Shown in pieces: positions 1 through 9,605 of a DNA stretch of 64,000 bases (its first letter is position 1; each line of letters begins with the position of its first letter). A program made the translations under genes and the position numbers. The notes under the pieces were generated by a model that did no database searches, was not told where the DNA came from, and worked only from the letters and a program-made list of their open reading frames with translations. This DNA is from Kiritimatiellia bacterium (lineage in GTDB: Bacteria > Verrucomicrobiota > Kiritimatiellia > CAIQIC01 > Lenti-01), in NCBI GenBank assembly GCA_040768005.1, contig JAXGNL010000003.1:4249-68248 (forward strand), written 5' to 3'.

Positions 1-531
1 ATCCGCCAGCCGCGGCAGTTTCTGGTCCTTGGGCGACACCACCGGCGCAGCCACCTCGCCCCAGGGAATGGCCAGGGCGGGATCGTTCCAGAGGATGCCG
101 TACTCGTCGCCGGGGGCGTAGACATCGGTGCATTTGTAATAGAAATCGGCCGAATCGCTGAGCACGCGGAATCCATGGGCGAAGCCTTCGGGAATGAAAA
201 GCTGCCGGCGGTTCTCCTCCGACAGTTCCACCGCCACGGCCCGGCCGAAGGTGGGCGAGCCGCGGCGGATGTCCACGGCGACATCCAGAACGGAGCCGCG
301 CAGCACGCTGACCAGCTTGGCCTGGGGATTCTTCAACTGATAATGCAGTCCGCGAATGGTCCCGAACCGGGAGCGCGAGAGATTGTCCTGCACAAAGACG
401 CGGTCGAGACCGGCGGCGGCATACTCGTTCACCTGGTAGGTCTGCAGGAAGAATCCCCGATCGTCGCCGAACACCCGGGGCGTGAAGAGCAGGACGCCGG
501 GGATGTCCGTGGCTTCGCAGGCAACGCTCAC
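1..531 (-). CDS. rfbC: dTDP-4-dehydrorhamnose 3,5-epimerase (3' end runs off the window)
   Basis: Own reverse translation from GTG at 531: [37 protein letters not shown]... No stop inside the window, so it is absent from the ORF track. GTGA overlap with the rfbA stop at 528. Confidence 0.85.
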   Translation of the reverse strand, partial: MSVACEATDIPGVLLFTPRVFGDDRGFFLQTYQVNEYAAAGLDRVFVQDNLSRSRFGTIRGLHYQLKNPQAKLVSVLRGSVLDVAVDIRRGSPTFGRAVAVELSEENRRQLFIPEGFAHGFRVLSDSADFYYKCTDVYAPGDEYGILWNDPALAIPWGEVAAPVVSPKDQKLPRLAD

Positions 532-1412
532 GGCCGCCCCTCTTCCGCCTCGTCGGCCAGCTGAAGCAGATAGCGGCCGTAGGCGTTCTTCTCCATTTCC
601 CGCCCCAGCCGGCGCAGCTGAGCCGCGTCAATCCAGCCGGAGTGGAAAGCGATTTCCTCGAGACAGGCGATTTTCAGTCCCTGCCGCTCTTCGATGGTCT
701 GTACGAAATTGGAAGCCTGCAAAAGAGAGTCATGCGTTCCGGTGTCCAGCCAGGCGAACCCCCTGCCCAGCAGTTCCACGCGCAGCCGGCCCTGGTTGAG
801 ATACCGGCGGTTGAGATCGGTGATTTCCAATTCGCCGCGCGGCGAAGGGGTCAGGGCGGCCGCCGCGTCGCAGACCGCGCCATCATAGAAATACAGCCCG
901 GGCACGGCGTAATGGGATTTGGGCTTCTTCGGCTTTTCCTCGATGCTGAGGACCTTGCCGGAGGCATCGAACTCCACCACGCCGTAGCGCTCGGGATCTT
1001 TCACCAGATAGCCGAAAATCAGCCCGCCCTCGGTCAGGGAACCGGCCCGGCGCAGAATGCCCGTCAGCCCCATGCCGTGGAAGATGTTGTCGCCCAGCAC
1101 CAGGGCCACCGGCTCGCCCGCCACGAAGTCCCGGCCGATGACGAACGCCTGCGCCAGCCCTTCGGGCCGGGGCTGTTCGGCGTATGCCAGGCGCAGCCCC
1201 AGCGCGGAGCCGTCGCCCAGCAGCGCGCGGAACCGCGGCAGATCCTCCGGCGTGCTGATGATCAGGATCTCGCGGATGCCCGCCAGCATCAGGACGGACA
1301 GCGGATAATACACCATGGGCTTGTCGTGAACCGGCAGAAGCTGCTTGCTGACCACCCGGGTGATGGGATACAGGCGGGTTCCCGATCCGCCCGCCAACAC
1401 GATGCCTTTCAT
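528..1412 (-). CDS. rfbA: glucose-1-phosphate thymidylyltransferase
   Basis: ORF 528..1436. [28 protein letters not shown] is the canonical RfbA N-terminus, so the start was trimmed to the internal Met. Confidence 0.9.
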   Translation of the reverse strand: MKGIVLAGGSGTRLYPITRVVSKQLLPVHDKPMVYYPLSVLMLAGIREILIISTPEDLPRFRALLGDGSALGLRLAYAEQPRPEGLAQAFVIGRDFVAGEPVALVLGDNIFHGMGLTGILRRAGSLTEGGLIFGYLVKDPERYGVVEFDASGKVLSIEEKPKKPKSHYAVPGLYFYDGAVCDAAAALTPSPRGELEITDLNRRYLNQGRLRVELLGRGFAWLDTGTHDSLLQASNFVQTIEERQGLKIACLEEIAFHSGWIDAAQLRRLGREMEKNAYGRYLLQLADEAEEGRP

Positions 1413-1511
1413 TCGCCGGCTCCTTTCACATTCCACCGCGGGCCAGCTTGGCTAAAAGCCCGCTCTTCTTCAAGCCGTTTCCCCCGCCCGCGCCCGCCCG
1501 CGTCCCCGCGC

Positions 1512-2486
1512 TCACCATCCCAGCAGCCAGGCGAACACCAGCGGCGCCACGATCGTGGCGTCGCTCTCGATGATGTACTTCGGCGTTCCGATATCCAGCT
1601 TGCCCCAGGTGATCTTTTCGTTGGGCACCGCGCCGGAATACGACCCGTAGGAGGTCGTGGAATCGCTGATCTGGCAGAAATACGCCCAGAACGGCACATC
1701 CGTCCATTCCAGGTCCTGGGCCATCATCGGCACCACGCAGATCGGAAAATCGCCGGCGATGCCCCCGCCGATCTGGAAGAAGCCCACGCCGGGCCCGCTG
1801 GAATTCTTCCGGTACCAGTCGGCCAGGAACATCATGTATTCAATCCCGCTCTTCATGGTGGACGGGGCCAGTTCGCCCTTGATGCAATACGAGGCGAAGA
1901 TATTGCCCAGCGTGCTGTCTTCCCAGCCCGGCACGATGATCGGCAGATTCTTCTCGGCGGCGGCCAGCATCCAGGAATGCGCCGGATCGATTTCGTACTC
2001 CGCCGCCAGGACGCCGCTGCGCAGCAGGCGGTACAGATATTCATGGGGGAACAGCCGCTCGCCGGCGGCCTGTGCCTCCTTCCAGATCGTCTGCACATGC
2101 CGCTGGATCTTGCGAAAGGCTTCCTCTTCCGGGATGCAGGTATCCGTCACGCGGTTCAGCCCCTGGTCCAGCAGCTCGCGTTCCTGGACCGGGGTCAGGT
2201 CGCGGTACTGCGGCACCCGCCGGTAGTGCGAATGCGCCACCAGGTTCATGATGTCTTCCTCCAGGTTCGCCCCGGTGCAGGAGAGAATCTGCACCTTGTC
2301 CTGCCGGATCATCTCCGCCAGCGAAATTCCCAGTTCCGCCGTGCTCATCGCGCCCGCCAGCGAAACCAGCATCTTCCCGCCCGACGCCAGATGCGCTTCG
2401 TAGCCCTTGGCGGCATCCACCACGGTCGCCGCGTTGAAGTGGCGGTAGTGCTTTTCCATGAATTGCGAAACGGGTCCTCGATCCAT
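1512..2486 (-). CDS. deoxyhypusine synthase-like protein
   Basis: 324-aa ORF. Full-length resemblance (from memory) to the bacterial DHS-like family, e.g. SLAGAMSTAELG and FFQIGGGIAGDFPIC segments. Confidence 0.7.
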   Translation of the reverse strand: MDRGPVSQFMEKHYRHFNAATVVDAAKGYEAHLASGGKMLVSLAGAMSTAELGISLAEMIRQDKVQILSCTGANLEEDIMNLVAHSHYRRVPQYRDLTPVQERELLDQGLNRVTDTCIPEEEAFRKIQRHVQTIWKEAQAAGERLFPHEYLYRLLRSGVLAAEYEIDPAHSWMLAAAEKNLPIIVPGWEDSTLGNIFASYCIKGELAPSTMKSGIEYMMFLADWYRKNSSGPGVGFFQIGGGIAGDFPICVVPMMAQDLEWTDVPFWAYFCQISDSTTSYGSYSGAVPNEKITWGKLDIGTPKYIIESDATIVAPLVFAWLLGW

Positions 2487-2634
2487 CCTGTGCCTGCCTT
2501 CCTTGATAAAGGGCTCGCGCTTCCCTCACCGGGAGCGTCCCAGAGAGTCCCATCCTCCCAAGGCAAAAGACAGCCAAATATGCATTCGGATATCCTTTGC
2601 CCGGGGGCTGTCCTTCCGCCATACTGGCCGGAAC

Positions 2635-3489
2635 ATGATCGCGCTTGTCGCCGTCTCCCTGGTCTGGGCATTTTCGTTCGGACTGATTGGCAACCAGCTG
2701 GCCGGGCTTCCGCCGTCCTGGCTGGGCTGGGTGCGGCTGGCTCTCAGCGCCGCCCTCTTCCTGCCGTTCGTCCGGCGGATCCCCGTCCGCCAGGCCGGGG
2801 GCCTGTTCCTGACCGGTGCGGTGCAGTTCGGCCTCATGTACTGGGCCTATCTGGCCAGTTTCCGCTATCTGCCGTCCCATGAGGTGGCGCTGTTCACCGT
2901 GACCACGCCGCTGTTTGTCGCCGGGCTGAACGATCTGGCCGGCCGGCGCTTCAAGCCGTGGAACCTGCTGGCAGCGTTTCTGGCCGTGGCCGGAGCGGCC
3001 CTGATCAAGTGGCAGGCGGTGCAAACGGCGGCACCGCTTCGGGGCATTCTGCTCGTCCAGCTGTCCAACCTGTGTTTTGCGGCCGGCCAACTGGCTTATC
3101 GTTCCATCCTGGCCGGCATGCCGCGGCCCGTGGCCGACCGCCACGTCTTTTTCTGGCTGCATCTGGGCGGATGGGCCGTGCTGACGCCTCTGGCCCTGCC
3201 CCTGGCCCTCGGTTCCGCTCCGCCGGCCCCGTCACCGGTCCAATGGGCGGTCATCGCCTATCTCGGCCTGGTGGCCTCGGGCCTGTGTTTCTTCCTGTGG
3301 AACCGCGGCGCCCGCCGGGTCTCCGCCGGTCAGCTGGCGGTCATGAACAACCTGAAAATCCCGCTCGGGGCCGCCGTTTCCCTGCTGGTCTTCCGGGAAA
3401 CCGCCGGCGTCCACACCCTGCTGGCCGGCTCCCTGCTGATCGCCGCAGCCCTGCTGCCCGTGACCCGCCGCGGCGGGGAAAGACATTGA
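2635..3489 (+). CDS. DMT/EamA-family membrane transporter
   Basis: ORF 2458..3489 trimmed to ATG 2635 (MIALVAVSLVWAFSFGLIG...). About 10 hydrophobic segments; two-repeat EamA-like layout. Confidence 0.7.
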   Translation: MIALVAVSLVWAFSFGLIGNQLAGLPPSWLGWVRLALSAALFLPFVRRIPVRQAGGLFLTGAVQFGLMYWAYLASFRYLPSHEVALFTVTTPLFVAGLNDLAGRRFKPWNLLAAFLAVAGAALIKWQAVQTAAPLRGILLVQLSNLCFAAGQLAYRSILAGMPRPVADRHVFFWLHLGGWAVLTPLALPLALGSAPPAPSPVQWAVIAYLGLVASGLCFFLWNRGARRVSAGQLAVMNNLKIPLGAAVSLLVFRETAGVHTLLAGSLLIAAALLPVTRRGGERH

Positions 3490-3565
3490 AGCTCCGGTCT
3501 GCATTGGATAGATTGAACGGCATGGCGGGATCATCCCCCCCGCCGGATGCCGGAGGTTTGAGCGC

Positions 3566-4318
3566 ATGAACAAATGGTGGTGGATTGCCGGACTGGCGGT
3601 GGTTCTGGGCCTGGCGGCGTGGTTCTGGCTGAACCGCTCCGATCCTCTGGTCATGGGCACCCATGCTCATTTCCCCCCGTTCGAACTGATCGAGCCGGGC
3701 GCCCAGGGCGACGCCATTGTCGGCTTCGACGTGGAACTGGCCCGGGCCATCGCCGACAAGGCCGGACGGCCGCTGCGCATCGTGGACATGCCGTTCGACG
3801 AGCTGATTCCGGCGCTGGAGGCAGGCACCGTGGACATGGTGCTGGTGGCCATGACCATCACCGCCGACCGCGCCGAGCGGGTGGATTTCTCCCAGCCGTA
3901 CTACAAGGCCACGCAGGTGGTGCTGATCCGCGAGGGCGAGGAACCGCCCGCCTCACTGGAGGACCTGGACTCCCGCCTGATCGCGGCGCAGGCCGGCACG
4001 ACCAGCGAGGCCCTGGCGCAGGAATGGGCCGGCCTCGGCAATGTCCGGTCCACCCGGTCGGCGAAAGCAGCCATCGTGGATCTGCTCAACAGCCAGGCGG
4101 ATGCGGTGCTGATGGACGAACAGCCGGCAACCGCTTTCCGGAAAATCTTCCCCGAAGCCCAGATCGTCCGGCTGCCGTTTCCCGACGAATTCTACGGCGT
4201 CGCCGTCCGCAAGGGCAACGCCCGCCTCCTGGACCTCGTCAACGCCACCCTGGAGGATGTCCGCACGGACGGCCGCTATGACTGGTTTATCGACCGCTGG
4301 CTGCTCCAGGCCGATTGA
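3566..4318 (+). CDS. amino-acid ABC transporter substrate-binding protein (SBP family 3), membrane-anchored
   Basis: N-terminal TM segment, then GFDVELARAIADKAGRPLRIVDMPFDELIPALEAGTVDMV...ITADRAERVDFSQPYY, typical of polar amino-acid SBPs. Confidence 0.8.
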   Translation: MNKWWWIAGLAVVLGLAAWFWLNRSDPLVMGTHAHFPPFELIEPGAQGDAIVGFDVELARAIADKAGRPLRIVDMPFDELIPALEAGTVDMVLVAMTITADRAERVDFSQPYYKATQVVLIREGEEPPASLEDLDSRLIAAQAGTTSEALAQEWAGLGNVRSTRSAKAAIVDLLNSQADAVLMDEQPATAFRKIFPEAQIVRLPFPDEFYGVAVRKGNARLLDLVNATLEDVRTDGRYDWFIDRWLLQAD

Positions 4319-4350
4319 ATGGAATCCAACCCGAACCGGAGAAAAGAACC

Positions 4351-5103
4351 ATGAAAAAGAGTCTGCAGGCTGCCGTATGGCTGGTGATCGGAGCGCTGGC
4401 GGGCGCCGCGCTGTGGGCGACGCTGTCCGGCCCACGGCCCCTGGTCCTGGGAACCCCCGCCGGCCACCCGCCGTTCGCCAGCGAGGAAAACGGAGTGATC
4501 AACGGTCTGGATGTGGACATGGCGCTGGCCGTGGCGGAAAAAAACGGGCGCCCGCTCCAGGTCGTCCGCCTGGACGACGGCGCCTGGCGGGAGGCGCTGG
4601 AACGGGGCCGGGTGGACATGGTGGCGACCGCCATCGCCGATGAGACCCCCGGCGTGGCGTATTCCGACCCCTATTACGATGCCACGCCGGTCGCATTGAT
4701 CCTGGCGGGCGGTCCCGTTCCCCAACAGGCGGAGGAACTGAAAGGCATGACCCTTGCCGCCCCCCCCGGCGGACCGCTGGAAACCCTGGCCGTGGACCTG
4801 GCCGGCCGCGACCGGGTCCTGCCGCTGGACTCCGTGGAGGATGCCTGTGACCTGCTGATGGGTGGAAAGGCGGACGGCGTCCTGCTGGATGAACATCAGG
4901 CCTCGGTGCTCGCCCAACGGGAAGAACTGCTGATGCCGCTGCGGCTGCCGGAATTCACCCGCGCCCTCCGGGGATTTGCCGTGCGCACCGACGACCTGGC
5001 GCTGCAGCATGTGCTCCGCGACACCCTGGCGGAGGTCGCCGGGGACGGACGCCGGGACCGCTACCTGGCCCGCTGGAATCTTCTCGCAACCCCGCCGGAA
5101 TAA
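4351..5103 (+). CDS. second SBP family 3 substrate-binding protein
   Basis: ORF 4315..5103 trimmed to MKKSLQAAVWLVIGALAG... Paralogous layout to 3566..4318 (GLDVDMALAVAEKNGRPLQVV..., VAYSDPYY). Confidence 0.7.
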   Translation: MKKSLQAAVWLVIGALAGAALWATLSGPRPLVLGTPAGHPPFASEENGVINGLDVDMALAVAEKNGRPLQVVRLDDGAWREALERGRVDMVATAIADETPGVAYSDPYYDATPVALILAGGPVPQQAEELKGMTLAAPPGGPLETLAVDLAGRDRVLPLDSVEDACDLLMGGKADGVLLDEHQASVLAQREELLMPLRLPEFTRALRGFAVRTDDLALQHVLRDTLAEVAGDGRRDRYLARWNLLATPPE

Positions 5104-5109
5104 TCCCGG

Positions 5110-5697
5110 CTAGCGCTTGATGATGATCTTCTTCTTGCCGCCGGCGGCAGAAGCCGCCGGCGCGTCGCTGTCCGGCTGGGCCGGAGCCTCGGGCTTGGCG
5201 TTCATCGAAATCTTGATGGCCGGCCGGCCCTTGGGCGCGGGCTTTCCGGCGGGTTTTTCCGCCGCTTCCGCCTGAGCCTCCGAGGGCTTGGGCACGCCGA
5301 TCTGGGGAGCGATGTCCTCGACGATTTCCTTCAGGATGGTGCTGTAGCCCTTGCCGTCGCCCATTTCCGCCTGCATGGACCCGAACGCCTTCGCATCGCC
5401 TTCCTTGGTGGACACGGGATCCAGAACAAACACCGTGGACCCCACCTGAATCCGGTCGCCGGGCTTGAGCTTGACGGTGTCCTCGACCCGCTCGCCGTTG
5501 ACGAAAGTGCCGTTTCGGCTCTTGAGATCCTTGAGATAGAACTCGCCCTCCGACAGCCGGATGCCGCAATGGACGCGCGACACCTTGTCGTCCAGCAGCG
5601 GAATGTCCGCTTCGCGGCTGCGGCCGATGGACAGCGGCTCGCCGGTCAATTCGATGTCCTTGGGAATCCCGAGCTTGTTGATATAGCGCAGATGCAT
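5110..5697 (-). CDS. FHA domain protein with Lys/Ala/Pro-rich C-terminal tail
   Basis: GRSREADIPLLDDKVSRVHCGIR...FYLKDLKSRNGTFVNGERV is a canonical FHA core. The C-terminus is low-complexity KPAPKG...KKKIIIKR. Confidence 0.85.
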   Translation of the reverse strand: MHLRYINKLGIPKDIELTGEPLSIGRSREADIPLLDDKVSRVHCGIRLSEGEFYLKDLKSRNGTFVNGERVEDTVKLKPGDRIQVGSTVFVLDPVSTKEGDAKAFGSMQAEMGDGKGYSTILKEIVEDIAPQIGVPKPSEAQAEAAEKPAGKPAPKGRPAIKISMNAKPEAPAQPDSDAPAASAAGGKKKIIIKR

Positions 5698-5711
5698 GGC
5701 GGATCCTTTCG

Positions 5712-6680
5712 TTACACAACGCCCTTCTGGATGAGCGTGGCGAAATAGTCAATCGTGCGCTGCAGGCCGTCCTCCAACTTCATCCGCGGCTCCCAGCCGA
5801 GCAGCGCGCGGGCCTTGCCGATGTTGGGCTGGCGGACCTTGGGATCGTCCACCGGCAGCGGCCGGTGCACGATGGGCGAAGCGCTCTTCGTCAGGTCCTT
5901 GATCGTGCGGGCGAAATCCATGACGGACAGTTCGCGCGGGTTGCCGATGTTCACCGGATCGGATTCCCCGCTCATCATTAGGCGGAAAATGCCGTCAATC
6001 AGATCGGCCACATAGCAGAACGAGCGCGTCTGCGTGCCGTCGCCGAACACGGTCATCGGCTCGCCCTTGAGAGCCTGGCAGCAGAACGCCGGCACGATGC
6101 GGCCGTCGTTCGGGCGCATGCGCGGGCCGTAGGTGTTGAAAATGCGGACGATCCGCGTCTCCACGCCGTGATAGCGGTGATAGGCCATCACAATCGCCTC
6201 GGCAAACCGCTTGGCCTCGTCATAGACGCCCCGCGGGCCGATGGGATTCACGTTGCCCCAGTAGGTTTCGACCTGCGGATGCACCAGGGGATCCCCGTAC
6301 ACCTCCGAGGTGGACGCCAGCAGCAGCCGGGCCCCCTTGGCCTTCGCCAGCCCCAGCGCATTGTGCGTACCCAGCGCGCCGACCTTCAGCGTCTGGATCG
6401 GCAGCTCCAGATAGTCAATCGGACTGGCCGGCGACGCGAAGTGAAAAATGAAATCCAGGTCTCCGGACCAGTCAATGTGCGTCGTGACGTTGTGGTGGAT
6501 GAACTCAAACTCGGTGCGCGAACGCAAATGCGCGATGTTGTCCAGGCTGCCCGTGATCAGGTTGTCCATGGCCGTCACGCGGTGGCCTTCCGCCAGCAGG
6601 CGGTCGCACAGATGGGAGCCCAGGAAGCCGGCTCCGCCGGTGACCAGGGAAACGGGCTGTCGGGAAGGGGAACGGTTCAT
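5712..6680 (-). CDS. UDP-glucuronate decarboxylase (UXS-type SDR)
   Basis: ORF 5712..6911 trimmed to MNRSPS... at 6680. Rossmann motif [17 protein letters not shown] and YDEAKR catalytic motif. Confidence 0.85.
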   Translation of the reverse strand: MNRSPSRQPVSLVTGGAGFLGSHLCDRLLAEGHRVTAMDNLITGSLDNIAHLRSRTEFEFIHHNVTTHIDWSGDLDFIFHFASPASPIDYLELPIQTLKVGALGTHNALGLAKAKGARLLLASTSEVYGDPLVHPQVETYWGNVNPIGPRGVYDEAKRFAEAIVMAYHRYHGVETRIVRIFNTYGPRMRPNDGRIVPAFCCQALKGEPMTVFGDGTQTRSFCYVADLIDGIFRLMMSGESDPVNIGNPRELSVMDFARTIKDLTKSASPIVHRPLPVDDPKVRQPNIGKARALLGWEPRMKLEDGLQRTIDYFATLIQKGVV

Positions 6681-6699
6681 GGCACGCGAGAATGCCACA

Positions 6700-7470
6700 T
6701 CACTCGGGTTTGAGCAAGGCGGGATGCAGGCGGCTGGCGAAGTCGGCAATGACCTGCAGATGGCCTTCGTGGCGCGGATCGCGCCCGCCGGACAGGGCAA
6801 TGTAGGCCCAGCGGTGCGACACCCCGTGGACGATCCGGTCATAGGCCATGTAGCCCATCCGGGCAAGGTGCGACGCCGTCTCGCGGTCCTTCCCCACGAA
6901 CCAGTAGGCATAATAGGAATAAGAGGCCGTCGGAGTGCCGTCTTCCCGCGTGCCGCTCCGGGTCATGTCCATTACCATCACCTCCAGCGGCTCCTTCCGC
7001 GTCGGCATGGGTATCCGGATGATCCGCTCGTTCTCAATCTCGTGGCCCGCCGCCGTCATGCAGACCTGCGGACGGTGAATGCTCGACCGGTCGTCGCCGC
7101 TCAGCACGATCGTGGCATGCAGCGGATCGCGCTGGCCCGGACGGATATAATACTTGCGGGCCATGCCGGTATCCGCCGGCAGCATGGAGCGCTCCGCCCA
7201 GTTCATGTTGCCCAGCCGCGCGCCGCACCGCGGACACGTGGTCGGATCCTCCAGCTGCGTCGAAACAAACTGCCCTCCGCAGCTCCGTTCGGGGCAGAAC
7301 AGCAGATCCACGCCCGTCCACTCCCCCACCTGCTCCGGCAGATGCAGGACGATGCCCGCTTCGTCGGTGTTGTCCACACCGGTCTTGTACACCATGGCCC
7401 AGGCGGCAACGCCCAGCGCCGCGATTACGAAGACCCGGGCGTAAAAAATCGATTTTGAATTCGAGTCCAT
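6700..7470 (-). CDS. exosortase-associated EpsI-family protein with inserted 4-Cys zinc ribbon
   Basis: ORF 6700..7758 trimmed to [24 protein letters not shown] (TM anchor). EpsI-like [10 protein letters not shown] ... [15 protein letters not shown]. Insert CPERSC-x16-CPRC. Confidence 0.65.
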   Translation of the reverse strand: MDSNSKSIFYARVFVIAALGVAAWAMVYKTGVDNTDEAGIVLHLPEQVGEWTGVDLLFCPERSCGGQFVSTQLEDPTTCPRCGARLGNMNWAERSMLPADTGMARKYYIRPGQRDPLHATIVLSGDDRSSIHRPQVCMTAAGHEIENERIIRIPMPTRKEPLEVMVMDMTRSGTREDGTPTASYSYYAYWFVGKDRETASHLARMGYMAYDRIVHGVSHRWAYIALSGGRDPRHEGHLQVIADFASRLHPALLKPE

Positions 7471-8396
7471 GCCGTTCGGTAGTCCATGTTCAGGAGGCGG
7501 TCCAGGGCCAGCATCAGGGCGATGCTGATCAGAAAAATGGGGTATCCCGAGTAGTCGTGCCACAGGTCCATCGCGGCGTCCTGCCCGAAAAAGGCGGCCG
7601 CCACCACCACGAGAATGACCCGGCAGATGTTGGCCACCACGGCCACGGGTACGCTGAAGAGGAACAAGACCCACTTCTTGACCAGGGTCTTCTGGCTGTA
7701 CCACGCGTAAAAGCCCATCAGCGCCGTCATCGCCAGCAGCGACCGCAGCCCGCTGCATTCCGGCGCCACGTTGAAGGCAAACGGATTGCCGCTGCCGGAA
7801 TACAGCCCCGCGCCCACCCGCTGCACCTCCAGCCCGAATCCGTTCAGAATCCCCGCCGACACCGCCGTCGCCAGCAGCCGCAGCGGCGCCGTCATGCTGT
7901 CAATGAAGTTCAGCGGAATCGCCAGGAACAGATAGCCGCAGGGAAACACCAGCCAGCGGGCCACGCCCCACCCATAGATGAGGAAGGGCAGACCCCACAG
8001 CAGCACGATGAAGCCCGCCACGGAGATGCGCGGCTGCTGGGCCAGCACACCCATCCAGTGCAGCACCAGCCCCAGCCCCACCACCCCGGCCCCGCGCCAG
8101 TCCACCCGGCGCGGCGCAGCCGCAATCTCTTTGCGCCTCATCCAAACCGCCGCCAGGCTCGCCAGCGGCAGGAACATCCCGTAGGCATAGTCCCCCGCCC
8201 ACCGCGTGCGCAGCCACAGAAACAGCGAATGACGCGCTGTCGCCACTTCCTGGCTGTTGCCATGCAGATGAAACACGAAAAACAGCGCCCCCGCCACCAC
8301 CGCCCAGAACCCGATCTCGCGCTGGGCGGCCGGCGTCAGGCGCGTCCAGCGGAATCCGCCCCACCAAGCCTTCAATTGTCCCGGAATTCCTTGCAT
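7425..8396 (-). CDS. exosortase (Xrt family)
   Basis: ORF 7425..8462 trimmed to MQGIPG... Polytopic membrane protein with [12 protein letters not shown] (catalytic Cys) and [11 protein letters not shown] (Arg) motifs. Overlaps the EpsI start by about 46 nt. Confidence 0.85.
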   Translation of the reverse strand: MQGIPGQLKAWWGGFRWTRLTPAAQREIGFWAVVAGALFFVFHLHGNSQEVATARHSLFLWLRTRWAGDYAYGMFLPLASLAAVWMRRKEIAAAPRRVDWRGAGVVGLGLVLHWMGVLAQQPRISVAGFIVLLWGLPFLIYGWGVARWLVFPCGYLFLAIPLNFIDSMTAPLRLLATAVSAGILNGFGLEVQRVGAGLYSGSGNPFAFNVAPECSGLRSLLAMTALMGFYAWYSQKTLVKKWVLFLFSVPVAVVANICRVILVVVAAAFFGQDAAMDLWHDYSGYPIFLISIALMLALDRLLNMDYRTAWTRIQNRFFTPGSS

Positions 8397-8464
8397 GCGA
8401 GGACCCGGAACATAGCCGAAGGCCGGGCGGATTGCAAACGGCAAAACCGGGCAAACCGGCAAAC

Positions 8465-8660
8465 GGGCGCATCTGCGATTCGGTGCATGCCGTGCAAAAG
8501 GCCTTGTAGTCCTGTATGGCTGTCATCCCGAGCGGAGTCGAGGGATCTCGGCTTGGTCCCGAAGGCTGGCCATCGGGATTGTGCCCAGATATTTCGACTC
8601 CGGCGCTACGCGCCTACGCTCAATATGACCCCAAGGGTGTACCGAATCGCAGATGCGCCC
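8465..8660 (+). repeat. Repeat family A, copy 1 (~195 bp, MITE-like, 20-nt perfect terminal inverted repeats)
   Basis: GGGCGCATCTGCGATTCGGT at 8465-8484 and its reverse complement at 8641-8660. Internal second inverted repeat (GTCATCCCGAGCG...GAGTCGAGGGATCTC / GAGATATTTCGACTC...CGCTCAATATGAC). Confidence 0.85.
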
Positions 8661-8735
8661 CAGGCAAACCGGGCATTGCGCCCCGCCGGGCATTTTCCTA
8701 GGATGACCCCTTCAACTCTGAAAGCGAGATCCCCC

Positions 8736-9536
8736 ATGACACGACACCCCCTGGCCATTGCCGTCCTCCTCGCCTGCGCCGCCGCGGCCTCCGCCGCCCC
8801 CGTTACCGAACGCCTGGACACCGGACACGAATGGCTGCGGGATGTCGCCTTTGAATACGAAGAGGGGGAAACCGCCGGCACCCTCCGCCTCCGCCTGGGA
8901 AGCGATCCTGCCCAAATCCGCTACTTCGAAGTGCCGCTGGACGTCTGGAACGAATTCAAGGCCGCCGAGTCCAAGGGGTCGTTCTATTCCACCCGGATCC
9001 GGCAGGGCTATGAACGCCAGTACGGCAAGTCCCGCCAGGAGGTCTTCGACTCCCCCCTGCCCGTCCAGACCTCCGTCAACGCCCTGTGCGCGTTCAACGA
9101 GGAATGCGAACCCGTCGTGCTGGAGGCCATCGGCAAATCCCGCGAAAGCATCTATGTCGCCGCCTACGCCTTCACCCGCACCCGCATCGCCGCCGCCCTC
9201 GTCCGGGCCCGGCAGCGCGGCGTCCGCATCGAAGTCAAAATGGACGTCAACCAGGCCGAATACGCCGGTGCGCAGCGCCTGCTCGACTATCTGCGCCGCG
9301 AAGATATCCCCGTCACCCTGATCCATACCGCCGGCGACTATTCCGCCATGCACAACAAATTCATGATTTTCGACATGCGCTGGGTCGTCACCGGCAGCTA
9401 CAACTTCACCACCACCGCCCAGGTCTCCAACTGGGAAAACCTCGTCTGGCTCGACTCCCCCGACATGGCCGAACAGTACAAACAGGCCTGGGACGCCATC
9501 GTCTCGGACGAGGTCCACGAACCCGCCGCGCATTGA
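8736..9536 (+). CDS. secreted KTSC-domain / PLD-family (Nuc-like HKD) protein
   Basis: Tail of ORF 7455..9536 from MTRHPLAIAVLLACAAAASAAP (signal peptide). IRYFEVPLDVWNEFKAAESKGSFY (KTSC-like). HNKFMIFD...GSYNFT is the HxK-x4-D-x6-GSxN motif. Confidence 0.75.
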   Translation: MTRHPLAIAVLLACAAAASAAPVTERLDTGHEWLRDVAFEYEEGETAGTLRLRLGSDPAQIRYFEVPLDVWNEFKAAESKGSFYSTRIRQGYERQYGKSRQEVFDSPLPVQTSVNALCAFNEECEPVVLEAIGKSRESIYVAAYAFTRTRIAAALVRARQRGVRIEVKMDVNQAEYAGAQRLLDYLRREDIPVTLIHTAGDYSAMHNKFMIFDMRWVVTGSYNFTTTAQVSNWENLVWLDSPDMAEQYKQAWDAIVSDEVHEPAAH

Positions 9537-9605
9537 CGCCGCGCACGGCCCCGGCGTAGGATGGTTCAGCAGGTCGGCCCGTTGCCGGCCGGAACGGAAA
9601 AGCGG

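Noticed and set aside
642-2882. Very long ORFs antisense to, or out of frame with, the called genes. Examples: 642..2882(+), 17149..20094(-), 34994..38737(+), 40890..42782(+), 51953..54307(+), 55528..57168(-), 58335..60473(-), 60615..62303(+), 7455..9536(+ N-terminal part), 10160..11188(-), 11097..12257(-).
   Set aside because: Their translations are Arg/Pro/Gly/Ala/His-rich low-complexity strings with no motifs. Each overlaps a gene with clear family signatures. These are typical shadow ORFs of high-GC DNA.
8516-8701. Short ORFs lying inside repeat elements: 8516..8701, 14189..14572, 14195..14440, 28562..28801, 28586..28819, 38393..38599, 48584..48826.
   Set aside because: They are translations of family-A elements or REP palindromes (VIPSGVEGSR, FSTPWK, FHAMEN). 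The same peptides recur only because the DNA repeats recur.
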